DNA of 64,000 nucleotides from Kondoa subrosea (Eukaryota): NCBI GenBank assembly GCA_039545335.1, contig BCIN01000007.1, positions 496,001 to 560,000 of the forward strand, read 5' to 3'. Shown piece by piece: positions 51,841 to 64,000 of this stretch (position 1 is its first letter; each line of letters starts with the position of its first letter). The notes under the pieces were generated by a model. It saw only the letters and a program-made list of their open reading frames with translations, ran no database searches and was not told where the DNA came from. The position numbers and the translations under genes were made by a program.

Positions 51841-52303
51841 GGAGACTCTTTAAGGGTTCATTCCTATGTTTAAGGGTTTTGGCATTTTGGGAATTTTGCA
51901 ATGCAATGTTGAACTTGCATTGCAACCTCGTTAGCGATTGAGGAACAGCATGTGAGATAGTGACTGGCTGTAGCAATCGCAAACTCCTCCTTCTGCACGA
52001 CTTTCCGAGTGAGTCTTGAAATCGAGATTTCAAGGGTCTCTCTGTCTTATCTCGAGCCCATGCTGCTGCTAACAGAATTGACACGCACAAGCATGCTGCC
52101 TTCGACGACTCCTATGTCATCAGTTAGGAGCTGTACTACAGTATTCCACGTTTGATGGCACTTCATGGGCCACTTCTTTCGATTCTTAGTAGAAAGCTAG
52201 ACCGTGGACTCCTTTCACAGCCTCTTGGCGCTGTATTTATATATCTCTTTCTCTCTTTCAGCTCTTCCGTTCTCTTCTCGCGAACGCACAAAAACCTAGC
52301 AAC

Positions 52304-52545
52304 ATGTCAATCGCTCTCATAATGATTATACGCCGCATTTTTCGCCGCAGGTGAGTACAAATTTGGTCTCGCTTCAGCAAGTACCGATAGTATACTGTAC
52401 TAGGAAGGCGAAAAAAAATGAATCTGAGAAATATCAAGAAGGCTACCAAGCAGTGGTGCAGCAGGGACAACCGGGTTCGCAGGGCTACGCTCAACAGGCT
52501 ACTGGTCAAGATTATCATGCTGGAGGTGGACCGAATAGGCTGTGA
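52304..52545 (+). CDS. Small (~62 aa) two-exon protein with hydrophobic/basic N-terminus and Q/G/Y-rich tail
   Basis: MSIALIMIIRRIFRR|RKAKKNESEKYQEGYQAVVQQGQPGSQGYAQQ...; GTGAGT..TAG intron; TATA-like element ~52235. Confidence 0.55.
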
Positions 52546-52891
52546 GAGCCAGTGTCCAACTTGAAGGACAGTGAGACATGTGAGCAGACATCCTTCGTTA
52601 TGTCAACGTCTTATGTTTCACTATAGGATATATTTACGGAAGCTGATGTACTGGTAGTCGTGAAGGATATTTACCACTAATGGATTGCAGTCCTTTCGCA
52701 TGGCTTGCGTCGTATTCTCTTCCAAGAATGTCTACTGACTTCATCTGTCTCTCTGTCCTGCTCGAGATCTTTCATGTATCAGTGATCTCTAGCCTAAGCG
52801 TACCTGACCTAATTCTCGGCTGTGCAGTGCTGTTCCAGCTATGCCCTTCATTCCACATTTCTCATTTACTGCTTGTCTGTGTCCCAACATC

Positions 52892-54457
52892 ATGTCGAAG
52901 TCATTGATTGCAGAAGTTTCCATACGCAATGTCGAAGCTAGCGACATTCCGGCCATTACCATGCTTCTTAATTCAGTCATCGAGGAAGGTCTATTGCCTT
53001 ACGATGATCCCTGGTCAATGCTCGATGCCTATTCAAAATTCGTCAGTTTGGAAGCGAATGATTATCCCTGTATTGTCGGTACTCTTCACAATGAGATTAT
53101 TGGAGTCGCCGCTTTTGAACCGATTGAAGAAGTTGTTGCTGGTTACGGGGTCGACTACACTGCCTTTTTGAGGTGTCTTGTGAACAAGAGATACTGGCGT
53201 ACAGGTCTCGGAACCTGTCTGTTCAAAGCACTTCAGCAGCATCAGAAGACTTTGGCACTTAATCTCTATCACGCTCTTTGTATGTGCACCGCTCCAATAG
53301 TAACGACGACGCTCTTACTCCTCAATAGGCACTAATCTTGGAAACAATCTCGCTGGTAGCGCTTGGCTGAAAAGGTTAGACTTCTATCATGCGGGAAGGT
53401 CGCTATACTTTGTTATTTGGGTTGGTCAACTATTTGGCTCATTGATACAAATTCCCGCAGTCTGGAAGCAATAGCAGTCAAAGATAACAAGGCCACGTCA
53501 CAAGAGTGGTACTCAAAATTCTTGTCGCCCGAACCTTGCATCCATGGTTTAGGTTATCCGATGGAAGAAGATGATCGCGACCAATGCACGCCTAGACGAT
53601 TCACTCTGCCTGTAGATCACTCAAAGCTTGTTATTCGGTCTGCAGCTCTAGACGATGTTGCAGAAAGTAGGCCAATTACTGCCAAGGGTATCAGGAACTG
53701 ACAATAAGAACAGTCACTGGCATTTTTAATCACGCAGTGGTACACACTTCGGTTCGTATTCTTCCATTATCATCATCGAAGAGCTGAGACCCGCTCAGGC
53801 TAACAGCTACTCGCAACCTCACACGGTAGATCAGCGCAGAGCCTGGCTGAGGCGGCTCCTGCTCGCGAATCTTCCTGTGAGTAGCTAGTGTGGTTCTATA
53901 CAAGCTAACAGATAGTATAGATCAAGGTTGCAGAACTCGAAGGACAGGTTGTCGGCTGTGTCTGTTTGACAGAATATGACACTGCTGAGTGTTTCAGGAA
54001 GTCCGTTGCGATATTGTTAATGAGGGATAGATCCTGACTTGATAGCAGATGCTTGATCGGCTCCAGCTATCTCAGGCCCGAAGTCACTCGCATGGGCATT
54101 GGCCAACGTTTGTACAGGTGAGCTCGAGTGCCTTGCGGTTTTGGTATATGTGAAGTATTCTCATACTATGATAGGGCTTGCTTGGAACATCCAGCTATAA
54201 GAGAGCGGAGTATTAGCCATATTCTGGTCGAAGTGGTTCATGAAGTTAGCACGGTATCTCTCAAGCAAGCTGTCTATTTGATGCTTCACTCATAACAGAA
54301 TGCGCTTGGGTGTAATTTCAGTCTCAGACTGGGCTTCATCCCGGCTGTCAGCTTATCAAAGACCTTCTTCAAATTCGGAACCTACAAATCAGTTTTTGTT
54401 GCATCGCGCGCGATCGAGACATCTGCGAGCGATGACAATGTGCAGTTAGATTACTAA
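52892..54457 (+). CDS. Tandem double-domain GNAT acetyltransferase (phosphinothricin acetyltransferase/YncA-like)
   Basis: Domain 1: IRNVEASDIPAITMLLN..YWRTGLGTCLF; domain 2: IRSAALDDVA..YLRPEVTRMGIGQRLY..RLGF..FKFG. Confidence 0.75.
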
Positions 54458-54855
54458 TACATGAAGTAGCACATTTCTGTACGAAACGGAAGGAGGGAGG
54501 GGGCAAAGAAATCTAAGTTCATGGTTAATGGGAAATTCTTTCGAGCCATCTACAAGGAGATATTAGAATGCGAAAAGCATTGGAAGGAGAGTGATAAAAG
54601 TGTGCAATGAAATGTTTCGACTGAGTGAATTCCTTCCTTTTCTTCGACAGAGAGGTCAGACTTACTAGACGCACTTTCTAAGGCTGCAAACAGCGTGTTA
54701 CTTGGGAGTTAACGCTGTTGCGTAAAGGCATATTCTAGAGTCTAATGGGCGTCCTCTCTAGTCTCTGAAACGCAGCAGGCACAGGCTCCGAACGCAGCGG
54801 AAGACACACGTCGGAGCCCAGCTACGAGAAGAAGATTCGAGCCGGAAAATATGAA

Positions 54856-55790
54856 NNNNNNNNNNNNNNNNNNNNNNNNNNNNNNNNNNNNNNNNNNNNN
54901 NNNNNNNNNNNNNNNNNNNNNNNNNNNNNNNNNNNNNNNNNNNNNNNNNNNNNNNNNNNNNNNNNNNNNNNNNNNNNNNNNNNNNNNNNNNNNNNNNNNN
55001 NNNNNNNNNNNNNNNNNNNNNNNNNNNNNNNNNNNNNNNNNNNNNNNNNNNNNNNNNNNNNNNNNNNNNNNNNNNNNNNNNNNNNNNNNNNNNNNNNNNN
55101 NNNNNNNNNNNNNNNNNNNNNNNNNNNNNNNNNNNNNNNNNNNNNNNNNNNNNNNNNNNNNNNNNNNNNNNNNNNNNNNNNNNNNNNNNNNNNNNNNNNN
55201 NNNNNNNNNNNNNNNNNNNNNNNNNNNNNNNNNNNNNNNNNNNNNNNNNNNNNNNNNNNNNNNNNNNNNNNNNNNNNNNNNNNNNNNNNNNNNNNNNNNN
55301 NNNNNNNNNNNNNNNNNNNNNNNNNNNNNNNNNNNNNNNNNNNNNNNNNNNNNNNNNNNNNNNNNNNNNNNNNNNNNNNNNNNNNNNNNNNNNNNNNNNN
55401 NNNNNNNNNNNNNNNNNNNNNNNNNNNNNNNNNNNNNNNNNNNNNNNNNNNNNNNNNNNNNNNNNNNNNNNNNNNNNNNNNNNNNNNNNNNNNNNNNNNN
55501 NNNNNNNNNNNNNNNNNNNNNNNNNNNNNNNNNNNNNNNNNNNNNNNNNNNNNNNNNNNNNNNNNNNNNNNNNNNNNNNNNNNNNNNNNNNNNNNNNNNN
55601 NNNNNNNNNNNNNNNNNNNNNNNNNNNNNNNNNNNNNNNNNNNNNNNNNNNNNNNNNNNNNNNNNNNNNNNNNNNNNNNNNNNNNNNNNNNNNNNNNNNN
55701 NNNNNNNNNNNNNNNNNNNNNNNNNNNNNNNNNNNNNNNNNNNNNNNNNNNNNNNNNNNNNNNNNNNNNNNNNNNNNNNNNNNNNNNNNN
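54856..55790. other. Assembly gap (N run) inside the RFC3 duplication
   Basis: 935 Ns. Confidence 1.
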
Positions 55791-56790
55791 TCAATCATCT
55801 CACTTGTAAGAGAAGAAATCGTCCTTCCTTACCTGAATTTAGTACATCGAGATTGGATAGCAGGGATAATCCGATTGACATAATTACAGATGATGCAAAA
55901 TCGGACGTACTGAGTGTATTGCTCGATGACTGTCAATATCTTCAGTTAAAACTAATACAGGTTTGTACTGTCAAAAAAGAGACTGACCTCTTCTCAAAGC
56001 ACCTTGAGCAGCGGTAGTCATCATATCCGCTTCATCAAGAATAATCAACTCGAAACCTTCTTTAGCTGCAAAGACCATCTTCGTGCTTGCAAAGTTCTTG
56101 ATCTCTTCTCGAACAGTATCGATACCTCTATCATCTGAAGCGTTGAGTTCAAGAACATTGTTTCTCATGCCGGCTTTAGTGTGTGCGTTAAGTTTTCGAG
56201 CTACAGCTAAGATGGTTGAGGTTTTTCCTGTTCCTGGTGGACCGTAAAAGAGAAGATGAGGTAGTCTATTGAGACCAATGAATCTGTCGACTATATGCAT
56301 GGCATGAGAAAGCAAAGCTTCAATATATAGATGTGAGACCGACTGGTTGATATGATATCCTTGTGAGATACGACATCGTCAAGAGTCACAGGACGATACT
56401 GCAGCGACATTCAGCTGGGACCTAACGACTCAGTGTAAGGAAGCTACCTTTTCGACCCAAGCTGGAAATTGAGTGGAATTAGTCAAGCATTACGACGCCA
56501 CGTGATACACTCACGTAGATTGTCCACTACGAGATAAAGTTGTAATAAGCCATGATTTACGCGACCGCATAAGAATCAGACATACATTCGTGTGCATGCT
56601 CTGGCTCTTTGCCTTTGCCTTTCACATCAACGCCTTGCAGAGGAGGTGAGAAGTCTTCTGCAGCTTCGGCACCAGCGTCAGGTAGCTCAGAATCGGACAA
56701 TGCATCAGGATCTCGAAGTTGAGCTGCTTTACTCGACGAAGCTTGGCCTCCATCTGAACCTTCTTCGTGCATTTGAATATCTTCGTCCAT
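55791..56790 (-). CDS. RFC3: Replication factor C small subunit (yeast Rfc3/human RFC5), duplicate copy, 3' part in gap
   Basis: [39 protein letters not shown]. Confidence 0.85.
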
Positions 56791-57671
56791 GGCTCGCATA
56801 CATAACTAGGGTATAGAAGCGAATGCTTTGGTTCCTTTGAATTGGTTTGTAGCAATCGAACAATGAGACTGCCGTGGGGTGCTCTCCTTTGGCTATGATA
56901 TGTGTGTCCTCGCAGTGAAGTAGAGGAACAATGTGGCATTCGCAAGTGACGGTTCAGGAAAAGCAAAGAATCCAAACAAACTTGAAGAGTTGGCCTCTGT
57001 GCTTACGTAATCTAGCAATCTTTGGAGAAAGGTCAGCCCATTCATGAAGTGATCAGCCGAATCAAGTATCAAGGTAGTGATCTGCGAGTGGTTGATAGCA
57101 AATATTTCAAGCAGATTCGCAAACTATAAACATTTTATAAATTGCAAAAGACAAAGTATGTAGAGCGGAAAATATGTTTCGACTAAGTGATCTCATCCTT
57201 TTCTTCGACAGAGAGGTTAGACTTGCTAGACGCACTTTCTTTGAAAGGCTGCAAACAGCGTGTTACTTGGGAGTTAACGCTGTTGCGTAAAGGCATATTC
57301 TAGAGTCTAATGGGCGTCCTCTCTCGTCTCTGAAACGCAGCAGGCACAGGCTCCGAACGCAGCGGAAGACACACGTCGGAGCCCAGCTACGAGAAGAAGA
57401 TTCGAGCCGGAAAATATGAAAGACAGATCAAGAGGCTGATAGGAAGAAAGGAAAAGTGAAGGTCATTCAGCCTGTTTACCGATTGCAGTATAGGCCAGTT
57501 CTCTTGCTCATACTTCAATGGACCAAAAGGGACAGATGGCGCGTACACGATGCAGGCCTGGCCGGAACTGCTCCTAGACAACACCACAGGGATCTCAGAG
57601 CAGATCGAAACGCGAAATACAGCGAGAAGAAGTAGAGCGAAGTTTATGGTTTTCGAGATATCGTGCATTCT

Positions 57672-59432
57672 TCAAGCTTTCTTCTTCGGTTTGTATGCTT
57701 CACCGTGTTTTGCTAAATGTACGGCCCCTTTGACTGAGCTCAGCACAGCTGTAAGCTGCAGCTTCTCGCTTCCTCCAGTAGAAAGACGATGTCTGTAATC
57801 TCGTCAGCAAAGTCTCAACTGAGACAGACGAAGACTTACTCGACCAGCGCTAAATTGTCCAGCAAATAGACTCGACTTTGACTAGGGAATTCGACCGTTT
57901 GGACGTATTCGTANATCCCACTAATGATGTCTTGTAAAGCTAGACCTTTGTCGACCTTAATTGCAGAAATGCCTGTGAACGAAATCCAGACTTAGACATG
58001 TCCAAAGCGTCCGACTCCTGGCATAACTCACGTCTGAACGCTACCTCGAACTCCTCATTCATCATACTCTTGACAATCTCTTCAACATCGGTCGGATGCG
58101 GATTACCAGTACAATTGTAAACCGCAGTCTCGTCCGTTACAGGATAAGCAGCATGACAGGCCTGTTTCACGCAGAGAAAATCTAATTCAACGACAATAAT
58201 GTCTGAAAGTCTCATGATACGGACCTGTAGCACGTTCAAAGCTCTTCGCATATCTCCTTTGGATAACTTGAGTAAAGCGGCTTTTCCATCCGGCGTCAAA
58301 TTGACCCTAAATCTTCATATCAGATGAGTGCCATTCTACAAGATTGGCACGCACTTCTCAGCATCCACTACATGATTCAACCTTCGGTCGACTTCACTAA
58401 TTTCCAGAGGACCAAATCTGTAAAAATAAGGACCTCAATCATCTCACTTGTAAGAGAAGAAATCGTCCTTCCTTACCTGAATTTAGTACATCGAGATTGG
58501 ATAGCAGGGATAATCCGATTGACATAATTGCAAATGATGCAAAATCGGACGTTTTGAGTGTATTGCTCGATCACTGTTCATCACAACGTTGATTGATACA
58601 GAGTTTATATTGCGTCAATGAAAGACGAACCTCTTCTTAGAGCGCCTTGAGCAGCGGTAGTCATCATATCCGCTTCATCTAAAATAATCAACTTGAAACC
58701 TTCTTTAGCAGCAAAGACCATCTTCGTGCTTGCAAAGTTCTTGATCTCTTCTCGAACGGTATCGATACCTCTATCATCTGAAGCGTTGAGTTCAAGAACA
58801 TTGTTTCTCATGCCCGCTTTAGTGTGAGCGTAAAGTTTTCGAGCTACTGCTAAGATGGTGGAGGTTTTTCCTGTCCCTGGTGGCCCGTAAAAGAGAAGAT
58901 GAGGTAATCTATTGAGGCCAATGAATTTGTCGACTACATTCTTAGCATGAGAAAGCAAGCTTCAAATATATAGATGTGAGACTGACTGGTTGAAATGATG
59001 TCCTTGTGAGATACGACATCGTCAAGAGTCACAGGACGATACTACAGCGACATTGAGCCTCGTCAAACGACTCAGGTTAAGGAAGCTACCTTTTCGACCC
59101 AAGCTGGAAATTGATTGGTATTAGTCAAGCATTACGACGCCATGCAATACACTCACGTAGATTGTCCACTACGAGATAAAGTTGCAATAAGCCATGATTT
59201 ACGCGACCGCGTAAGAATCAGACATACATTCGTGTGCATGCTCTGGCTCTTTGCCTTTGCCCTTCACATCAACGCCTTTCAGAGGAGGTGGGAAGTCTTC
59301 TGCAGCTTCGGCACCAGTATCAGGTAGCTCAGAATCGGATAATGCATCAGGATCTCGAAGTTGAGCTGGTTTGCTCGTCGAAGCTTGGCCTCCATCTGAA
59401 TCTTCTTCGTGCATTTGAACGTCTTCGTCCAT
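57672..59432 (-). CDS. RFC3: Replication factor C small subunit (yeast Rfc3/human RFC5), full copy
   Basis: Walker [53 protein letters not shown]. Confidence 0.93.
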
Positions 59433-59636
59433 GACTCCCTTTTCTGTGGTGATGCTGTGTGTGATGGTTGCAAGCGGATGAGCTGCGATATTATTAATTT
59501 CTCCCTTTATGCTCTCAACAGCCATGCAAGGCTTCTTGTCTTGCTAGTTGCTTTCTTCTTGCCTGGGCCTTACCTCGAGGCTGTTCTCTCTCTCTCGCCC
59601 TTGCTCGCTGTTTCTCCGTCCATTTTGCAGGACGCG

Positions 59637-62080
59637 ATGAACGCGAATGCCATTGCTGCTATTGGCGACTCTGAGCTTCCTAGTACTACAGTAAAGAGTA
59701 CAGAATCCCTTTCAGTATCATCTGCACCTCTTTCTTCCCACGATCAAACTGTTCCAAAGCTCGAACAACATACGAATCTACCTTCTGCTGCACACTTTCC
59801 TCAAGCTCAAGCACTTCCATCGCTTGAATTAGAACCTCCCACACCTGCTCTACCCTCTGCTTCGACTAGCGCTTTCCCTGCTTCTATACCTGCTCCACCG
59901 CATCACTCTATTTCTTCGCTTGATGGCCTGCAAGATCTAGACAGCGATGACTTCTCAGAGAATGACGGTACATACTCCTGCAATTCTGCACTTGCTCTGT
60001 GCTTAGGTCGTAGGATTTTGTACAGTGGCTCAAGACGGGGATGATTGGTCTGAGGTAATAGCAGAAGCAGAAGAAATGTGGTCTGACGAAGAGATTGCTG
60101 CAATGGTAGACGATCTGAAAGAGATTGGGATGGTCAACTTCTGCAAGAAATACTACTTACAGCAAGGCATTCCTCTGAGGAAGCTATTGATGGCATTCGG
60201 AGTATTGGTAGTGCGTTGCTTTCACATTCGGAAATGAGGAACATTTGTCTGATTACACGCAGCCGGCGGACTTTGGCGAAGAAGCAGATCTGCTGAAAGT
60301 CCTCAAGATGGCTCTTGGTCGAATGTAAGCTCTTACTGTGTTGTGCATATAAGCTCATGCTAATCGGGTATTGGATAGACTGCGGCGCAGATCTAAGCTT
60401 CCTCAGTACAACACGCTGGAAGACGCGATCAAGCTCATCCACGAAGCCAAAAACATTATGGTTCTATGTGGTTAGTTTGAAACGGCAACGCTCTAAATCT
60501 CCGGCTGATGATAGCAACAGGTGCTGGTGTGTCTACGAGCTGCGGTATACCAGATTTCGTCCGTCAACTCCACTTGTAAGTATTCTCTATACTTACATGG
60601 TAATATTGGCGAACAGAGATCAGCCAATGGGATCTATGCGAATCTCAAGCGAACCAGAGATGACTTGATGGATCCGCAAGAGATGTTCGACATTGACTTC
60701 TTCCGTAATGAGTGGGTTGTCCGTTTGCCCAAGGTCCGGTTCGAGCTGACTTTCTTCTAGTCCAACTATCTTCTACTCTTTCGCTAAGGTCTGCTATCAC
60801 ATCTTCCTCTGTGCGATGGCTTAAAATTAGCTGTAGGAGCTATATCCTAGCAATTTCAAGCCTTCGCCGTCACATCACTTTGTCAAACTGCTAGAAGACA
60901 AGAACAAGCTGTTACGGAATTACAGTGCGTGGTATGGCTTCACCTTTCGTCTTCGAATACTGAATGCTTGAGCTCTCACAGCTCAGAGTACGATTGTAAC
61001 TTTACTCCGGCATAAGAAGCTCACCGTACCGTAGATATCGACACGCTGGAACAGCAAACTGGCATTCAGAAAGTGCTTAACTGCCACGGTCAGTTCATGA
61101 TTTCAGTGTTTAGCTCAGGCTGATGGTACGGAATATGATTGGCAGGTTCTTTTGCTTCTGCGGCGTGTATACAATGCGGTTTTACCGTTCCAGGCGATCA
61201 CATCAAAGACGAGTGAGTCTCCAATCAATTGTGCTCGTCTATTCTGACTATCTCCACGTAGTATCTTTGCCCAGAAAGTTCCTCTGTGTCCAGTCTGCAT
61301 CACGAAAGCAGAATACGTTCAATCTCAGAAAGAACGTTACTTACCTAAAGTCAATCCACACAAGAAGCAGAAGACCTCGAACGATTGGAACGAGGCTGAT
61401 TCGGAAGAAGACGAGCCTGAATACAATGAGTGGCTAGGCCAACCTGTGATGAAACCCACAATCACTTTCTTCGGTCCGCAGCATCCCCCTTTTTTCGCGA
61501 CTATAGCTGATTAGTGTTGACAGGAGAGAAGCTAAGCGATGAATTTGATCACTGTCTTCTCAAAGACCGCGAAGAAGTCGATCTACTTCTCGTACTTGGC
61601 ACTTCACTGAAAGTCGCGCCCGTTTCCGAAATTCTTGGTCATTTACCTCATTCTGTTCCACAAATTCTCATCAACCGTGATCCAACAACGCATGTCAATT
61701 TCGATATCTGTTTACTTGGCGATTCAGATGTCATTGTTCAATACCTCTGCCAGAAACTGAGTCAACTCGATGCCGATCGTTGGACTTTACCTTCGACTCT
61801 TTCACCTGAAGAAGAGGAAGAACCTACACGCGTCGGCGATTCTCATGTATACCTATTCAAGAATGCCAATGCGAATCATAAATGGGTTACTGCGCATGAT
61901 CCAAATCGATCAAGATCGCGTTCAGCTTCTGCTGGTCTATCATTACCTAGAAGACCCTCCTTGAGCAGACAGAATTCAGCAGGATCTGGAGCGGAATCAG
62001 ATACGAGTACTACATCGAATTCAAAAAGAATCAGTAAACCTTCGAAACGCGCGAGGGAAGAGATGGAGGGAAATATGTGA
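59637..62080 (+). CDS. SIR2: NAD+-dependent deacetylase, Sir2/Hst1 sirtuin
   Basis: [59 protein letters not shown]. Confidence 0.92.
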
Positions 62081-62219
62081 TGCTTATTCTAACGCTTGAT
62101 ACCTTGCATTGTATAATAGCATTTTTATCTTGTCACGATATTACGTAATCACTTTCCTTCTGTTTTCAGAGCATAACTTCTCTTGATCCGCCGCTACCGA
62201 TTGCAAAAGCTTGGACAGC

Positions 62220-64000
62220 ATGGCCCGAAGGACAACTCGTCTACAAGCCAAGGCTGAGGCCCTCTACAACGGCGATGGCTCAGAGTAGGCTTTCAGCTTC
62301 AAATCTTCCCTTTTCCGCGCTGAATCTGTGTGCAAGATTGACTGACATTGAAGAAGTGGAAGCTGCTGTACCTGTTCATGATAGTGGTGCTCTGGACAGC
62401 GATGTCGAAATGGACGCAGCAGTGACAAGCGAAGAGAGCTCTGGCGATGAATTCAATCAGCGAGATGCCAACAAGCGCAAGAAGAAGAAAGCTCTTGAAG
62501 AGCTACACGCTGCCTATGATGAGCATAAAGCAGTAGCAAAAGTCAAACAAGAGTCTGAACAGATCGAAGAGCCTATCCTTTGGACGCTCGAGTCGCCTTT
62601 TGAGTGAGTTCCAGTTATGCCATGGCAGGCCTGATCTAATGTCCTATCTAGTCATTTCTCTGATGAGGTATTCCTTCTGTGTTTGTGCCCGAAGCTGCGA
62701 CTGACTGCGGTCTAGATTCTTGGGACAGTATTCTCGTTTCTTGGCCCATCACAAAGAAGGTATGTTCTTGCCTCCTTCCTGTAGAGCTCACTCATTTATG
62801 TATTTCAGCTGCTCCAACTTTGCTCAAGTCTCTTCGCGCTTTCTCAAAGTTTCGCAAGATGATGCTGCTCGCGCTAGATGGCTCATGGAAAACCATGGAA
62901 AGCGCAATGCTCTCTATATGGCTGTTGCTATCGGTCATATCTGCCGACCTGCTCTATTGGATCATCTTATCGACGTTCTCGGCGCACATGCCAGTCGATA
63001 TTGTCTGTTACTTTTTTCGTTTCCATATTCGAATCTAATCATTTATTTTGTTCCAGTCTTCCAACTCAGCTGTCTGGCATATACTCGAAAAGCTCCTCAA
63101 TGGATCGGCAGAAGTTACTGCCACCCTGAGACGATTCCCTTCAAGAATTGGTTGGCTCTGCTAAGAAAAGGCTGCAACCTGTATCCTGGAATGAGTCCTA
63201 CGCAAGGCAAGAACGATAGTGAGATTTTCATGGCTTGGTAAGTCTTTATTAGGGTACAGCTCACAACGCTAAATGGGGCTGGTAGGGTGGAATCTCATGG
63301 CACTACTGCCAAGATTGGTAAGAAAAAGAGGCGCAGACGCTGGCAAAATTACTTTGATGAGGACCGTGGATACTGGAATACGAGAAGACTTCCTGACGAT
63401 CCAAAGATCCTCACTTTCGGAACTGATAAGGAAGCGCTAGAAGTCAAAGATCGGCAGTACGAAATGATCAAGTCGCTTTTTGAAGAGTAAGCTTTTGCAC
63501 TCGGCGAAGACATTGCCCTGTTGATGCGACTGTTGCGTAGTTACAAGTTCCATGCGGTAGGAATCTTTTAGATAGGTTTTTATGGAAGTCGCTTACATTT
63601 TTCATGCAGTTCAATACCCGTGATCCAATTGATGAAGATACCTATGCCAAAGCGACGGCCATCAACCCAGATGTGTTGCAGTATATTCGCTTGACTGGTT
63701 TCAAACCGAGCAACTCTTTTGGACAAACAATGTTCTGCTATCTCTTCAATCACCCTGAGCTTTCCATCGAAGACAAACTCGGCGAAATCGAAGAAGTTTT
63801 TGAAACTCATCCGGACTTCAAGCCAACCTTGGCTTATTTTGCCAGTGTGGTCGGCAAGTTCCTCTAGATCTTTGTTGGCTGATCCTCATCCGTTTTCCAC
63901 CTATAGGCAATATCAGAGCTGTTGACGATGTAGAATGTTTCGCTGCATTGACCGACAGTGATATTTTTGAATTCGACCTGAAGTGAGTATTTCATGGACC
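62220..64000 (+). CDS. Hypothetical multi-exon protein, runs off right edge
   Basis: ATG at 62220 and successive coding exons with GT-AG introns; no domain recognised. Confidence 0.55.

Larger units (their letters stand above)
54610..56790. repeat. Direct tandem duplication copy 1 (counterpart ~57173-59432)
   Basis: 54681-54855 almost identical to 57246-57420; 55791-56790 aligns to 58436-59432. Confidence 0.9.

Noticed and set aside
54742..56017. Long poly-X ORFs
   Set aside because: Artefacts of the N gap
57245..57660. Telomerase RNA, snR30 or SRP identity for the structured element
   Set aside because: No CTAACCCTAA-like template; snR30-like motifs fall on opposite strands; no SRP helix-8 match
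1..64000. tRNA genes, CRISPR arrays, intact transposons, secondary-metabolite cluster
   Set aside because: GGTTCGA hits lack cloverleaf context; no repeat-spacer arrays, terminal repeats, RT/transposase or PKS/NRPS motifs seen

Overview
Very gene-dense, intron-rich fungal genomic DNA. Short (~40-60 nt) GT/GC-AG introns with CTRAY-type branch sites, micro-exons and the protein families point to a basidiomycete (inference). There are about 35 protein genes. Housekeeping genes: HOF1/Cdc15 F-BAR-SH3, mitochondrial AsnRS, SmD1, NDUFAF7-like methyltransferase, PhoD, PRO2, NASP/Sim3, dynein intermediate chain, SEN2, SAC3/GANP, RPS4, a PIN-like carrier, CCZ1, ILV5, RFC3 (two copies) and SIR2. These are interleaved with lineage-specific genes. 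One scaffold gap lies at 54856-55790. Most interesting: (1) a secreted precursor with four Trp/Pro/His-rich cores (WWRPWHAW / FPWHAW) between acidic spacers with KR sites, a candidate new KEP/RiPP or antimicrobial/signalling peptide system; (2) two paralogous MYND-finger genes whose spliced reading frames appear to start antisense within the 5' ends of SmD1 and PRO2, one sharing a CATG palindrome with PRO2; (3) an intron-containing bacterial-type sugar-nucleotide cupin (horizontal transfer candidate); (4) a tandem RFC3 duplication carrying a hairpin-rich non-coding element. Gene models were spliced by eye, so boundaries are approximate. I saw no tRNA, rRNA, CRISPR array or intact transposon.
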